The translations under genes and the position numbers were made by a program. From NCBI GenBank assembly GCA_964035575.1, contig OZ037833.1:620001-684000 (forward strand): a stretch of 64,000 bases of DNA, in the 5' to 3' direction. Source of the DNA: Rhynchopus sp. YZ270_cl-10 (Eukaryota). The notes beneath the pieces were generated by a model. That model saw nothing but the letters and a program-made list of their open reading frames with translations, ran no database searches and was not told where the DNA came from. Each line of letters opens with the position of its first letter. The first letter of the stretch is position 1. Shown here piece after piece: positions 49,555 through 62,166 of this stretch.

Positions 49555-50535
49555 CTACTGCCTCATCGCCATCGCTGTTAGTTGGTATGTGGACGCCACG
49601 GCGATGAGGATGAGGCTTGCTGAGACGGATGCGACGGAAAGCTTTAGGTAGGCACGTCTCATGAGGCACTGCTCTTGCGAGAGGACACGGAGGTGGTAGC
49701 CAATCCCGCTGATGAGGTACGCGGTTACGCTTTGACCTGCAAGCGTGCCGAAGGCGAAGTCACGCACATCCATTCCGGTAGCACCTAGCCCATACGAGAC
49801 TGCCCCTGCTGGCAGCAGAATGCAACAGCGCAACATAAACGAAAAGGTTGCCCCATCAAACGCGGCCACCCCATCCCCAAGCGACAACGCACTCACCTGT
49901 CTCTCCGCAAACTCACTAAAAAACCCCTTCGCCAGATTATAGTCTATCAGCGACCCCACCCACAACGACGTCAAGGCCACAAAGGCCCCTTTCCTTACCC
50001 CCAACACCGCCCCTGCCGCAAGGTTAAACGGTGCTGTCGGCGCGCACATCACCATAGCGGCGACAATCGCTGCCCATAACAGCCCTGCAGCTACCCCTGG
50101 GGAGAGGTGATGATGCGCCGCGTGCACCACTCTGTTCGTCCAGGTGCCTACCCCTTTGAATGCCGCCCGTATGAAACCAAGGGTGCTGCGGATGAGAACT
50201 TTAACCAGTTGGGAGGAAATATCCTTCAGCGGGTCGGCCTCGACCACAACACGGTCACGCTGCCATGGGAGGAAGACGAAGCGCATGAGGCGGACGGTTT
50301 GTGCCTGCAGGGTGGTGAAGGCGGTGCGGCGGGACGGTCTTGGTTGTTGTGTGGGCTGGGGCGGGCGGGTGCTGCACAGACGGCCCTGGCGTGATAAATG
50401 GCGTGACATCATTACGTCTCTAGTGAACAAAGCAGAGGTGGAGGTGGAGGAGAAGCGAGGCTGGCGGAGGCTGCGAAGACAGAGAGGGGAGACGCGGCCG
50501 AGGGGGGAGGAGGGGGTGCACATTCGCCGTAGCAT
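49555..50535 (-). CDS. VTT/DedA (SNARE-associated Golgi, TVP38/TMEM64-like) membrane protein, 326 aa, possible mitochondrial targeting peptide
   Basis: Motifs PTAPFNLAAGAVLG..G..VALTSLWVGSLIDYNLAK and FMLRCCILLPAGAVSYGLGATGM..RDFAFGTLAG; Arg/Ser-rich N-terminus MLRR. Confidence 0.85.
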   Translation of the reverse strand: MLRRMCTPSSPLGRVSPLCLRSLRQPRFSSTSTSALFTRDVMMSRHLSRQGRLCSTRPPQPTQQPRPSRRTAFTTLQAQTVRLMRFVFLPWQRDRVVVEADPLKDISSQLVKVLIRSTLGFIRAAFKGVGTWTNRVVHAAHHHLSPGVAAGLLWAAIVAAMVMCAPTAPFNLAAGAVLGVRKGAFVALTSLWVGSLIDYNLAKGFFSEFAERQVSALSLGDGVAAFDGATFSFMLRCCILLPAGAVSYGLGATGMDVRDFAFGTLAGQSVTAYLISGIGYHLRVLSQEQCLMRRAYLKLSVASVSASLILIAVASTYQLTAMAMRQ

Positions 50536-50869
50536 TTTTGTGTGGTGTGTGTGGTGTGTTTCTTCTGGTTGTAATGTTTGAAAGCACAATACGGTTTTGG
50601 GTCATCTATGATCGTCTCCGTGAGACACGCAACAACAGACTGTGAGAGCTTTGTGAGAGTGAAAAAATCTCTCCCCGTTCATAGATGGCCCAATGGGCAC
50701 TTCCTGCGAATTATTGCCCATATTTGAAAAATGAAGTGAAAAGAGACCTTATTTAAAAAAACATTTTGTTTAACAACATCCCTGAATACGACGGAAATCG
50801 CACAAAAGGGGGACAATTTATTTCTAAAAAAGGGTTATCCCCTCCCCCTCCCCCCTCCTCCCCCCCCAA

Positions 50870-52069
50870 CTACAACACAACACCCTTTCCCAACTCCTCC
50901 GCAAGCTCTGCGTAGTCATGCTCTTCTATGCTGCCCATCTTGCTGTCGAGGACATTCTGCAGGCCACCCTCCTTTATGCATGCTGCTAGCACGTCCAGTG
51001 GTGTTTGCGATGCGATCCATGCAGCGCAACGTTCTGTGAAGGCCTCCCGCCGTGAACTGGAGTTGAGGTGGCTCGCAGAAAGCGTTTCCAACGCTGCCTT
51101 CATCGACGACGTACTGATCTCAAGCAGAGAAAGCTCCGGCCACATCTGCGGCCAGCCTCGTAGACCGACCGCTCCGCTTAACTGCGCCACCGAGCTCGCA
51201 CCTACTTCATCCAACACCCTCTGCACCCACAACGCAAGCAGCCCTTTCTGCAGCACACCCTTTACCACCTTCCCATCCACCAACACCGTACGCACCACCC
51301 TCCGGGTCCTTTCGCTCGCAGGCAGGCTTCGTAAGACTGCCAGCTCATATGGGCCCCTCCGCTTCTCATGATAGGCGATTTCCAATCGTTTGCACCGTCG
51401 TTTGAGTGCATCCAGCTCCGCTTCCTCCCCTCCTAGAGTAGCCACGTCTGAGCTTTCGATGGTTGTCAAAACAGTGACCCTCTGTGGAATGACCAATTCC
51501 AGGTCCTCATTTTGCTCCGGTTGTGCCAATAGAACCTCCTCAGAGATGCCCCCTCGGGATATTATATTGGAGTACCGTTCACTCGAATCGGAGCATCTGG
51601 CAAGAAATAGTGTCCCATTTTTTGTAACAATCCGTACAGTATCCACTCTTTTCCAAAGAGATTTTGCATTGACGCGGAGAAAAGAGGGTTCTGCAGGGGT
51701 GTTCGGAAGAGATGAAATCCGTTTAACCACATTCCGAGGCATCTCGTTTGTAGTGTATGTAATGACCTCTGCGATTTTTGCATCCGCAAGACCTGAGAGA
51801 GAAGCATCCTCGAGTATCGCTTCCTGCACCGCAGCCTCGACTGATACAACTGTTCGCACTGTCGTCGCATTTAACAGCCGTTTCTTCAACTCCGGCGCAG
51901 TCTGCGTCAGCCTCTGCCATGCCCTACAACACCGCCCCGCCTTCACCAACGCCACCCGCGGGAGGAACACAAAGATCCCCTCCAGATCGATCCCTGCGGT
52001 GCGTCGACGTACACCCTGGGCGGCTTCTTCCTCGAGAACGGCGAGTTCGAGGCGGAGGGCGTCGGTCAT
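50870..52069 (-). CDS. F-box domain protein (399 aa)
   Basis: N-terminal LEGIFVFLPRVALVKAGRCCRAWQRLT fits the F-box consensus; long ORF with ATG start. Confidence 0.8.
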   Translation of the reverse strand: MTDALRLELAVLEEEAAQGVRRRTAGIDLEGIFVFLPRVALVKAGRCCRAWQRLTQTAPELKKRLLNATTVRTVVSVEAAVQEAILEDASLSGLADAKIAEVITYTTNEMPRNVVKRISSLPNTPAEPSFLRVNAKSLWKRVDTVRIVTKNGTLFLARCSDSSERYSNIISRGGISEEVLLAQPEQNEDLELVIPQRVTVLTTIESSDVATLGGEEAELDALKRRCKRLEIAYHEKRRGPYELAVLRSLPASERTRRVVRTVLVDGKVVKGVLQKGLLALWVQRVLDEVGASSVAQLSGAVGLRGWPQMWPELSLLEISTSSMKAALETLSASHLNSSSRREAFTERCAAWIASQTPLDVLAACIKEGGLQNVLDSKMGSIEEHDYAELAEELGKGVVL

Positions 52070-54652
52070 GGTGAGAAAGAGGGAGAGGAGGAAGAGGAGA
52101 AAGCTATTCCCAAAGGGGTGACATTTTTTGTTGTGTTGTGGTGTAGGCTGAGGTTGTTAAGATGGTATAGGTTGGGGTGTGATTGGGGTTTTTGAAAATT
52201 ATTTTGTTTATGTTTTGTACTCTTTTGTTTTTGCTGGTTTATTGGGGGTATTGTGGTATTGTGGTATTGTGGGGATCATTTTGTTGACCCAAAAACAGCA
52301 CTCTCAGTGAAGCGTGGGTGTTGAGGATGCGGTAGGGGGGTAGGGGAGTGAGTCGTTACAAAAAAAAAAAAAGGGAGGCAGGGCAGGGAAGGAAATAGGC
52401 GGATTTTTTTTTTACCAAATCATGTTCTCATGCATGAACGGCGGAACTGCAACTGAACGATGTCAAAAGGGCAAGGTGATGGGAGGGAGATTTAAGAGGG
52501 GGGGAGGACATGCAAAGAAAAAAAAACAAAAAAACGCTGTTATAAGCAAAAAAAAAAAAAAATACAAATTAATTACGTGGACGCCAATTTATTTGGCGTA
52601 CTAAAGTGAAGCCAAACACACAAGGACACTGTAGAATTGTGGGAGTCACGAGAGATTAAACCGAACGAAAAAAAAAAAAAGAAACACAAAAATTCCAAAC
52701 AAAGACCATGTCAGGTGCATCGCTTAATCTTTTCTCTTTTCTCTCAATTCTCCACATTTTTTTCGTACAGCAGCAAAAATGCCAGGAGGCCACATTCTAA
52801 AAGGATCAGGGAGGTATAGGTGAGTGACAACACCGACCCAACCACCATGCGATAACCCCTAGGTGGTGCTATGCTAGCCATTATATATTCTCCCTTTGCA
52901 GCCCTCTCCAAACACAATGTGCAGAAGAGCGTTCTCAGGGACGTTACACCAGACTGCTGGGGGGCTACGCATGGTTTATTTTTGTGCGTTAATGAGTAGC
53001 CTTATGTGATGCCAAAGCCGGTAGGTCTCCCTACCATTTGACGCGTGAAGGCAGTTGCAAGATACAAAAAAGGTGCCCTATGAGGTAAAGAAGAACAAAG
53101 TGAAGGTGATAGTGCAAACGCCTCTGGGACGCAGGCACTGAACAAAAGAACGAAAGAAAGGAATAACGGAGAGGACTCCGAGAGTCTCTCCCTTAAACAG
53201 TTTTTTTTTTGAGGTAAATTGCGATAACACGAATACCGTTTTTTTTTTTTTTTTTTTTTTTTTACTGGTTTTCTTCCTTGCTTTCGTATTTTTTGTTTTC
53301 TGTATCTATGTGGATCCCCCCCAGTGAACCGTTTGGGACCCCGCTCTGCCGTGGCAGTCGTGGTTAGCGTTGTCATGTTTGTCTGTAGCACACAAGTAAG
53401 AAGAGAGACTCTAGGTCTCATTGGCTTGGTTTTTTTTTTTTTTTTTTTGATAAATTGTTTGGAGTAGTGTAGTTGCCTCGGTTGTGTTGCCACAGTTTTG
53501 TGCAATCGCTACTGTAGGTTTTCGTTTGCGAAAAACACGCGCACACAAAAAAGTATGCTATCGCAAAAAAGGTGTACGTGTTTTCGCGAACAAAACACCA
53601 CTCTTTTTTTTTTTTTTGCAGGTTAGAAAAATCTCTGCCCTGTTCGGTAAAAGAAGCGAGTTGGGAGAACTGCGCTTGATGGTTTTCATGCACACCGCCC
53701 CAAATGGAAGGGGTAGGGAAGTGCATCCACCATGCAGGGACCTACCACCCACAGATGCTTTCTGCGCCAATGTGAATGTGAGAGCTGAGCTGTGGGCGCG
53801 TTTCCTTTCCCCAACACTTTTTTTCAAAAACCAGAAAAACCAAAGAAGAAAGGTACATAAGATGACCCTAAGCCTCTCGTACTTCTTAGTCACCTTATCA
53901 GAAAAAAACCGTAAGATGCTGTAAGGTGCGCTCTCTGCACTATGCAAAGTATCTTAAACAAAAGAGAAGTTGAAAGTTTAGACGCCTCTACGAACGCAAG
54001 ACACTGATAAAAAAAGGTGGGGTTGCTATGTGCAACACGCCTCTGGGACGCAGAAGCACGGACACTCCGCAAAAAAGAAGATAAAAGTTTTAGATGACCC
54101 TAAGTCTCTCATGCTCAGCCACCTTGAGAAAGAAGTGCCGCGCCTCGTAGATTAATATGCTAAATTGGAAGACCTCCGCATTGTGCTGTATGTGATGAGG
54201 CGTTGTGAAAATGAAGTTATTGATGCAGGCACCCCCGACTGGCTTGAGGCGAAACCCCAATCAGGCAAGCCCGACATAAGGCCAGCTATATTAGCACCGT
54301 CCATAAGTAGTGTTGCAGTAAGAAAATACTACTCGCTATTTTTCCGGCTGGCCAAGGGAAGAGATATTTCAGTGACCCACTGTACGATGCCAGCCCCGGA
54401 TGAAAGCAGTAAAAAGAAATGCAAGTTGATAGTGCGCCAAGAAGTGTTTCTTTGGAAAAAAAAAAAATGTTGGAGAAAAGTTGCCAGTGTTTGATGACTA
54501 ATGGGGGTACTTCTTGCGCAGAATATGGCCCCAATCAGGTGTGTGCAACTTACACGGTACAAAGTATTTCAACATATGCACGGTAAAAAGAACAAATTCA
54601 TACACTTTCAAATAAAAATTTGAAAGCAGGTAAAAAAAAACGCTTGAAAATA

Positions 54653-54756
54653 CAGTGAGACAACTAACATCGGTGTAAAAAACCCCTCCTTAGAGTTTTT
54701 GAAATTCCAAAAACCCACCTTAGTTTTTACCCCCTCCGGTGTTTGTTGTATTACTG
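54653..54756. mobile_element. Tc1/mariner-type MITE, second copy
   Basis: Homologous to 2286-2391; TA flanks. Confidence 0.75.
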
Positions 54757-55642
54757 TAAATGGAATTTAGTATGATATGTAAAAAAAAACAAGAACGGAC
54801 TATGGCGGGCTTTTCAAAGCCCGGCATAGTTTCCGTCTCAACTCAGAGCGGACTCCGGCGGACCACGAAGTATGTTTAGGATGATGTCAAAAACAAAAAG
54901 ATGCTGTTATTGTTGAATGTGCAAAAAAAACCCCTCGTCAGACACCAGCTGACAGCACACAAGACACAAAACAATGACCATGCAGAGGAAGAAGAAGAAG
55001 CCAGATGGAGAGAGAGGGAAAAAGGGGAAGATCAGGGACCCCAAAAGGTGTGAATTTTGAAAAGAAAAGAAAAAAAAAGCATACCGACAAAAAAACCCCT
55101 TTTGATGAATGTGTCGCTCGCTAGGGTGCGCACACACTTCTTTCAAAAAAAAAACAAAAAAAAAACAAAAAAAAATAACGAAACTCTGCATCTTCCAGAA
55201 AAAAAAAGTGATCAGAATAGTGGAGCACATAGTATCTCCACTAATACAACCAAGTTTCCAAAAAAAAAGAGGAGTTGAAGTGCAAATGCCTCACCGTTTC
55301 ATTGACCAGACCTAAAAAAGGTCCGTTCATTTGATGTGTGATACCACAAACAAAAAAAAACAAAAACAAAAAAAAATCCGAGTTAGATAACAATTTTGAG
55401 AACAGCTAGATACGAGGAGAGAGAAAATGATGACAAGTAGGGAGGGGGGGCGGGGGGGACCAACAGATGACCTCAGCCCACTGTGCTTAGTCACCTTTTA
55501 AAAGGTCCTCCTGACCCTGGCCCATTGGGAGGAAATACAGACGGCAAGGTTTAGTTAACCCCCTCGGTCTGACCCGAAACACACAGTACTCCACATATGT
55601 TTGGCAGTCGAAGAAAGGCGCCAAGAATTTTTATTTGGAGTA

Positions 55643-56329
55643 CCTACCCCCCCCCCCGTGCATAAGTCCGACCCCCATGACCCGTGCATAAGTCCGATGA
55701 CCCGTGTATAAGTCCGGGCAGATTTGGGCTCAGGATCGGACTTATGCACAGGCCGACTTATACACCGGTTTTGTGTACTAGTGGTGGGGAGAAATTTTTT
55801 TGAGGCGTTTTCCCGCTCGCGAAGCGAGCGGGAGAAAAAATTTGAGGTATTTTTCCGCGAGCGAAGCGAGCGTAACTTTATTTTTATTGGTGGTGTATTC
55901 ACCAGGGATCATCTTCACGCTTCTCATGTCAAAACATCATCCTCACAATGCTCAAAGATGTGCACCTGTTACTGCAACATTGTGGAAAACTTTGCACCCC
56001 AAACAGTCTCAACAGCCAAAAGGTGTCCCTTGTTGAGTGGGTTCTCATGTTTGATACCTGCACAGCAAGCATTCCTCCAACGCTGTTTGGCCTGTCTGCG
56101 GCGTTGTGCCGAAGGTGCACGAAGACAGGGTAAATTTTGCGGTGTCACATGTGGGTCACTCACACTGAGGTCATGTGACACTGCATGGGTATGGGTACCT
56201 GGGTGCACAAAACCGGTGTATAAGTCCGATACCCGTGCATAAGTCCGAAACCCCGTGTATAAGTCCGGAGGCCCTCAGCCCCCCCAAAAATCGGACTTAT
56301 ACGCAGACTTATGCACGGGGGGGGGTAGG
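55643..56329. mobile_element. pogo/Tc1-mariner-like non-autonomous element
   Basis: TIR CCTA(C)nGTGCATAAGTC / GACTTATGCAC(G)nTAGG flanked by TA; subterminal CCCGTGYATAAGTCCG repeats. Confidence 0.8.
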
Positions 56330-56438
56330 TACTGTAAAATAGGTTTAAAAAAAAAATGAACGTGTCTCCCATGTCCATGCATCGACCGTAATAATGTTCG
56401 ACCTTTTCAGGATTTTTTCTGGAAGTTCGACCTTTTTT

Positions 56439-59400
56439 CACGGGTTGCCTACGATCGTAGTACGATCGTTTACGATCGTACCAAAAAACGATCGTAACGA
56501 TCGTAAAATATCGTACTACGATCAACTACGATCGTACTACGATCGTAAACGATCGTAGTACGATCGTAGTACGATCATTACGATCGTAGTACGATCGTAG
56601 TACGTTTGCCAAACGAAATAACGAATATCGCTTGAAATACCGTTCGATATTCCTTGCATGGTGTACATGAAGCACACACAAGGCATATCAAACGATAATC
56701 AATCAGATAAAACGTTACATCATTGGAAAATTGTTGGCACCGCCGCCCTGTCTTCGTATTTATTACGTCGACAGGCCAAACAACGTTGGGCTCAGAAGAA
56801 GCAGTGCTAGACAGTCACTGGGGATCAACATGAGAACCAACTCCCAACAACACAGGCTACCGAAGTAGCAGGTGGGGTGTTGCGGGTGTTTGGGGTGAAA
56901 GAAAATCGATTTTGGTAAGTTCCAGCAGAAAATTCTTAAGTTTGCACTAGTCGAGAAGGGTTACCACTGCTCACCGAGCGGTGCACCCATTTAAGGGTGG
57001 AGAAGCGTGACACGCACATACAAGTATGCACGTTACTTCAACAAAGGCTGAATTCTGGTAATTCTAAGGGATGTGAATTACAGCCACCACATGGTTGTCA
57101 TTAGGTTACTACCTTCGTCGTAAACGTATACAAAGGTTTCGCCCCCTTCTCTTTCATGCAAACTTAAGAAAATCCTGAAGTAACTACAACCTGGCGTGCG
57201 GGTACAGATGCATTGCTTTGTTCTTTCCTCAAAGTCATGTGTGATCTCTCGGGTCTGTACTAAAGTCAGTGTTTAGATAAGCATCCACTTGACTCGTTCT
57301 AACAACCGTTGAAATCTAGAACAAAACAATACACTGCCCCTTCTCACACCAAGCCGCCATGCTTCAAGAGCATGCCCTGGGCAAAAATTACTGTGACAAA
57401 ATTAGTTTTCTGGGGGAACGCAATATTTTATTGTGCCCAGTCCTCCGCAAGCAGAGGACAGACTTTCCGGATCCCGAAGTCGAATTTTTTGCACTAGCTA
57501 TGCTCCCTGGGTTAATGGCTATAGCAGTGACTGACAGAGTGTTCCCACTCCCCTTTCCACCCCATATGTTCGCTCGTTCTGCACAGTTGGTTCTCGATGT
57601 TGCACTCGCGATACCTGTTTAAAAGTGAAGTTGTGAGTGGTGGGGAATTTAAAGAAGGTGATTTCTTTAAAAAATAAGTTGGCCTGAGGGTGTAAAATAT
57701 TGTTATGGAGACTTTTTGGAGGAAATACGAGTCGACGGCCTTATTTTGTTGAATATTCACCAGAAAGTTAAACATATTTACATACCTTGTCTTGCGCCTT
57801 CGCTGCTGTCAAGGTGCCTTCTCTGGGTACCCAGTACCCAGTACCCATAATACCCAAAATAATTTAGGATAATACCCACTGGGTATTATCCTTTTTTTTA
57901 TTTGTTTCAATACTCCAAGGCAGGGATTTTTCTAATTCTGGATTGGGATTGGGATTTCGGAAAAATAAAAAAATTCCCTGAAAAAAATTCCCTGTTTTTC
58001 CCTACAGCAATTTCAGGTATATTCTACTCCACCCCACCCCCAGAGAGTTTCGCCTGTGGGATGCGATCGATCAACGCGATCAAATAAAGCGAAAAAAGGG
58101 GAAAAGGAAAAAAAAAAAGTCCCGGATTTTTGAGGAAAAAATTGGCTCTGCAGGCGGTTGCTGTAGTTGTGGGTGCGGATGTTCACGTCAGTTGCAGGCA
58201 AGCATCCAGCATCAGAGACATTTGAGGTTGTGCACAAGAAGAAGGAGAAGACGTGTCAATCGCATTCAATTATGAGGGTTGGAAGACGGAGGAGATCTCA
58301 AATGTTGCGTACCGTGGCTTCGCCAGGAACCTTTGGGTGCCATGACTGCCGTTTCTTTCATAAATGTACCGAGGTTACTGATAAGGCTGACACACTACGG
58401 ATTGTGGTTCACCCCTCCCCACCTGCCTTTGTGCATCAGAGGGGAGAAAGCGCCACGCCTCCCTGCACTGGCAGGGAGTCGCGCGCGCGAAGCGCGCGCA
58501 GCGACCGCTTTTACGGGGGGAAAGCTCGGGACCCCAAATGACCCCGGCGAGAGCCCTGACGACATATCGGGAAAATTTTTTTTCCCCCCCACAAAAAAGT
58601 CAAAAAACAGCCCAAAAACAAAACCAAAAAAACAGGGAATTTTTTGGATTGGGATTTCGGAATTTGGCCAAAAAGGGACGGATTTAGAGATATCCTTGCT
58701 CCAAGGAATTTGCTAAGGAAAAGTCGATATTGTGCAGTAGTGCATATGGTTTACCCCCAGATCGTCAAAACACCCGATTTTTGCGTTTTTTTGCACTTTT
58801 TGGTGCCCAAAAACCCAACTCAGGGGTCGAAATTTTCCCGAAAAAAAAATTTTTTTTTTTGAGATTTTTCGATTTTTTGACAAGGCGCTGGCCCATACAA
58901 AATGCACTGGTGGTACAGAAAATGACTGGGGAATTAACTCTAGATGCTCAAAACAGCCCAATTCTTGCTTTTTTTGACTTTTTGGTCCCAGAAGGGTACC
59001 TCGGGTGTAGTGAGCAGGCCTCAAAACACTTGTGAAAAAAAAAATTGGGATTTTTTTTTTTGAGATTTTTTCAAAAATCGACTTGTCTTTGGTAAAAATC
59101 ACGAAATTTTGGGTTCGCGGAACCGCGTTTTAGACCCCCCTAGATGCTCAAAAGTGCCAAATTTTGCTTTTAATGGCCTCAAATCGTCGAAATTAGCCCA
59201 AAAGAGGGCAAAAAAAAAAAATTCGAGGGTCTAGGTATGGAGAGCGAGCACCTTAGAAGGAGGATCGTACGATCGTAATACGATCGTTACGATCGTAGTA
59301 CGATCGTTTACGATCGTAGTACGATCGTACGATCATAATACGATCGTAAGTACGATCGTACTACGATCGTACTTTGATCGTAGTACGATCGTAGTGCGAT

Positions 59401-59453
59401 CAAAAAAGAGCTACGATCGTAAGAGATCGTACTACGATCGTAGGCAACCCGTG
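56439..59453. mobile_element. CACGGG-terminal TIR element with TACGATCGTA arrays, copy 2 (inverted relative to copy 1)
   Basis: Same TIRs; TTTTTT on both sides; the related empty MITE at ~37935-37952 has a single T6, supporting a 6-bp TSD. Confidence 0.9.
57921..58698. mobile_element. Nested non-autonomous hAT element
   Basis: Imperfect TIR CAGGGATTTTTCTAA / TTAGAGATATCCTTG; 8-bp TSD CTCCAAGG; absent from copy 1 of the host (single site at ~16296-16303). Confidence 0.85.
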
Positions 59454-60492
59454 TTTTTTATGGTCGAACATTATTCCGATTACGGTACTGGAGAGAAGAT
59501 TTCTAAACAAATTATTTGAAGCTAGACTGCACCCACAAGGAATTGAAAAAAAAAAAGGTGAAGTTGAGAGTGCAAACGCCTCTGGGACCTCTGGGACGCA
59601 GGCACTGACAAAAAAGAAATAAAATGGAAAAATTCGAGAGATGGACATGCCCCACGTTGCCGCCTACTCGCTAGGTAATCGTAAAAACGCAAAAAAATAC
59701 AGCGATGCGAAATGCAAACGCCTTTGTTGTGTTCTCAAAAGAAAAAAAGGAAGAAAAAAAAAAAAGGTTGAATGATGAATATTTTGCCTCTCAGGCACAC
59801 ATCTCAAAAACATGAGAGCTGGTAAGATGATACATCCTCTGCTTAGTCATCTTGCCTGCAAAACAAACTAGACAGTGCTTAAACAACGGTCCGAAAGGAA
59901 GACAGGGGAAAGCTTGTGCGGGAACACGTACAAGCTTCGCCATCGTCCAGGGAATCGTGAGTCTCCACAAAAAAAAAAAAAAAAAACCAAACAATAAAAG
60001 AAAAGTTTATAAGATGACCCGAAGCCTCTCGTGCTTAGTCACCTTGATCACATAAATGAAGCAGAAAGTGTCAACACCCCTTCAACGACACCCCAAACCA
60101 TTTCAGGAGGGGAGTAATAGTTAAATAGGGGATTAGAAAAATTCAGCCTTCCTCCCAAAAAAGAACCATTTGAGGGCACTTTCGTTAGGGGAAGGGGAAA
60201 AAAAGAGGAAGTTATTAAGTGGAACCTAAGCCTCTCCATGCATAGTCACTTTTTAACAGAAATGAAATGAAAGTGTAAAAACAAAACAAAAAAAAACCAA
60301 AAAAAACAGACGGCACACAACCCAAAAAAGAAGGTGTGTGGCAGAGCCATCAAGATAGCAAAACAAACTCTGGTCTGACCCAAAAACAAAAACCAAGAAA
60401 AAAAAGAACCCAAAAAAAAATCAAAAAAATCGAAGAAAATCCTAGATTTTTCCTTTTATTGATCACTCTAGGTGCTATTCATTTCTCTCTTT

Positions 60493-62166
60493 TCAAACCA
60501 ATGCTACAAACGCCCCTGCGATGCAGGCAACTTGCACGAGAACTCCAACCGAGAGAAGCGTCCATGCCACTGTATAGAGCCTTTCACTGAGCTTAATGTT
60601 CACCTCCGCTGTCTCCACAAGCCTGCGTACATAGCGGTGAACCATTATGTAGCAGGCGGGGGGGATCAGGAAGGTGAGCGGCGGCGCCGCAAAGGCACCA
60701 CCAATACCAAGCACAGCAGACAGGGTGCGCACGACAAGCCCGACGCTGATCGACGGCACCGCAAGCATCAGGGTGCTGCCTATATGCTGTCTCAGCGAGG
60801 CATCTCTGTTGTTTGTGTCAAACACCATCCGATGAACGGTCTCCCTACAACTCACGAGAACCAACGGATAGGCGAACATCAGACACAAACACATCCCGAT
60901 GTACACCAACAAAATGCCGATTTCCGATGCATCATAACACGCAAGAATCGACGACGCCTTGTCAGAAACATTCGTCCACATCACATACCCCGACAGCCCT
61001 GCGGCCGCATACAACAACGTCACAATACACAACGACAACACCGTGCATCGAAACACCTTCTGTGTAGCCTTCACATCCCCTTCCGCTACACGCACCTCCC
61101 TGAAAATAGGAAACAAAGAAAGCTGGCATACAAATGAGCACGAAAAGATTGACACAACGACCAACGTCTGCGCAAACGACGCTGCCCCCCATTCCACCTC
61201 TGCTGTCGGTGTTTCCTCTGAGGCTGGCGCATCGAGACAATGAAGAGTAGAGGAGTTCGCACCGTCCACCTCATACTGCACTGTCATTGCGACGGATGTG
61301 GCGACGAATGCGGTCAATCCTGCCATCCCCAGCAGAGATGTGAAACAAAGCTTTCCTACAGACCTCAAAGCGGATAACGGAAGCATGACCAAGACCAACG
61401 CAGCAAGCAGACACACCTCCGGCGGTGCATACTCCTTTACACTATCAAACCAACTAAATTGACTCAACACAATATGCAAAAACGCCTTCAAAGGTACCAA
61501 AAACGAGGTAATCGCCACCATACTCATCGCAACGTACGTCACCTGCACCCCCCTCCTCCCTGCCATCCCAAACGCCGCCTCTCCCACCTCTTCAAATGAG
61601 CAGAACTGTTCATCCAACAGACGCGCTGCATTGTTCTCACGCACCGCGTCGGTGTCTTTGTTCTCTTTAGGAAGGAGCTTCTTGGTTTCACCTTTTCCCA
61701 TCGGCCTCATCTCCTCAGGAAGCGACCTCAACAGCAAAACCGTCTCAAGAAGTAACTTAACGGAGACCCCCACCGCCAGCGCAACAGAGATTAGAACTGT
61801 CAAGGCAGGTGTGACCCCCGCATATTTAAAGCAGGAAGCGTGAGAGAGGATGCCCGCTCCCATAGTAGACTGTAAAGTGTTTACTACAACAGAGAAGCTG
61901 CTGATTTTGTGTGGGGTAGTGTGGCTGCGGGTCTGCCAAATGAGGGCTAAGTCTGACACAATGGAGCCGGATTCGCAGAGGTCGTCCGCAACACCTTCGC
62001 GCAGGCAGGACGCGGTGTTGCTGTTTGTCTCGTCATCCGCATGCTCTGAGACGTTCACGTTGATGACCACCTCAGATGAATCCTCGTCATAGTGTCCAAG
62101 CGATCCGATATGTGACTCTGAAGCATCTATCTCCGTTTCAATCGTGTTCCCAGTAGGGTTTTGCAT
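60493..62166 (-). CDS. Amino acid transporter, AAAP (SLC38/Aa_trans) family, 557 aa
   Basis: NTLQSTMGAGILS TM1 motif, FEEVGEAAFG, PLSALRSVGKL..TS, IFSCSFVCQ, FLIPPACY; ~11 hydrophobic segments; upstream pyrimidine tract and AG at ~62194. Confidence 0.92.
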   Translation of the reverse strand: MQNPTGNTIETEIDASESHIGSLGHYDEDSSEVVINVNVSEHADDETNSNTASCLREGVADDLCESGSIVSDLALIWQTRSHTTPHKISSFSVVVNTLQSTMGAGILSHASCFKYAGVTPALTVLISVALAVGVSVKLLLETVLLLRSLPEEMRPMGKGETKKLLPKENKDTDAVRENNAARLLDEQFCSFEEVGEAAFGMAGRRGVQVTYVAMSMVAITSFLVPLKAFLHIVLSQFSWFDSVKEYAPPEVCLLAALVLVMLPLSALRSVGKLCFTSLLGMAGLTAFVATSVAMTVQYEVDGANSSTLHCLDAPASEETPTAEVEWGAASFAQTLVVVSIFSCSFVCQLSLFPIFREVRVAEGDVKATQKVFRCTVLSLCIVTLLYAAAGLSGYVMWTNVSDKASSILACYDASEIGILLVYIGMCLCLMFAYPLVLVSCRETVHRMVFDTNNRDASLRQHIGSTLMLAVPSISVGLVVRTLSAVLGIGGAFAAPPLTFLIPPACYIMVHRYVRRLVETAEVNIKLSERLYTVAWTLLSVGVLVQVACIAGAFVALV

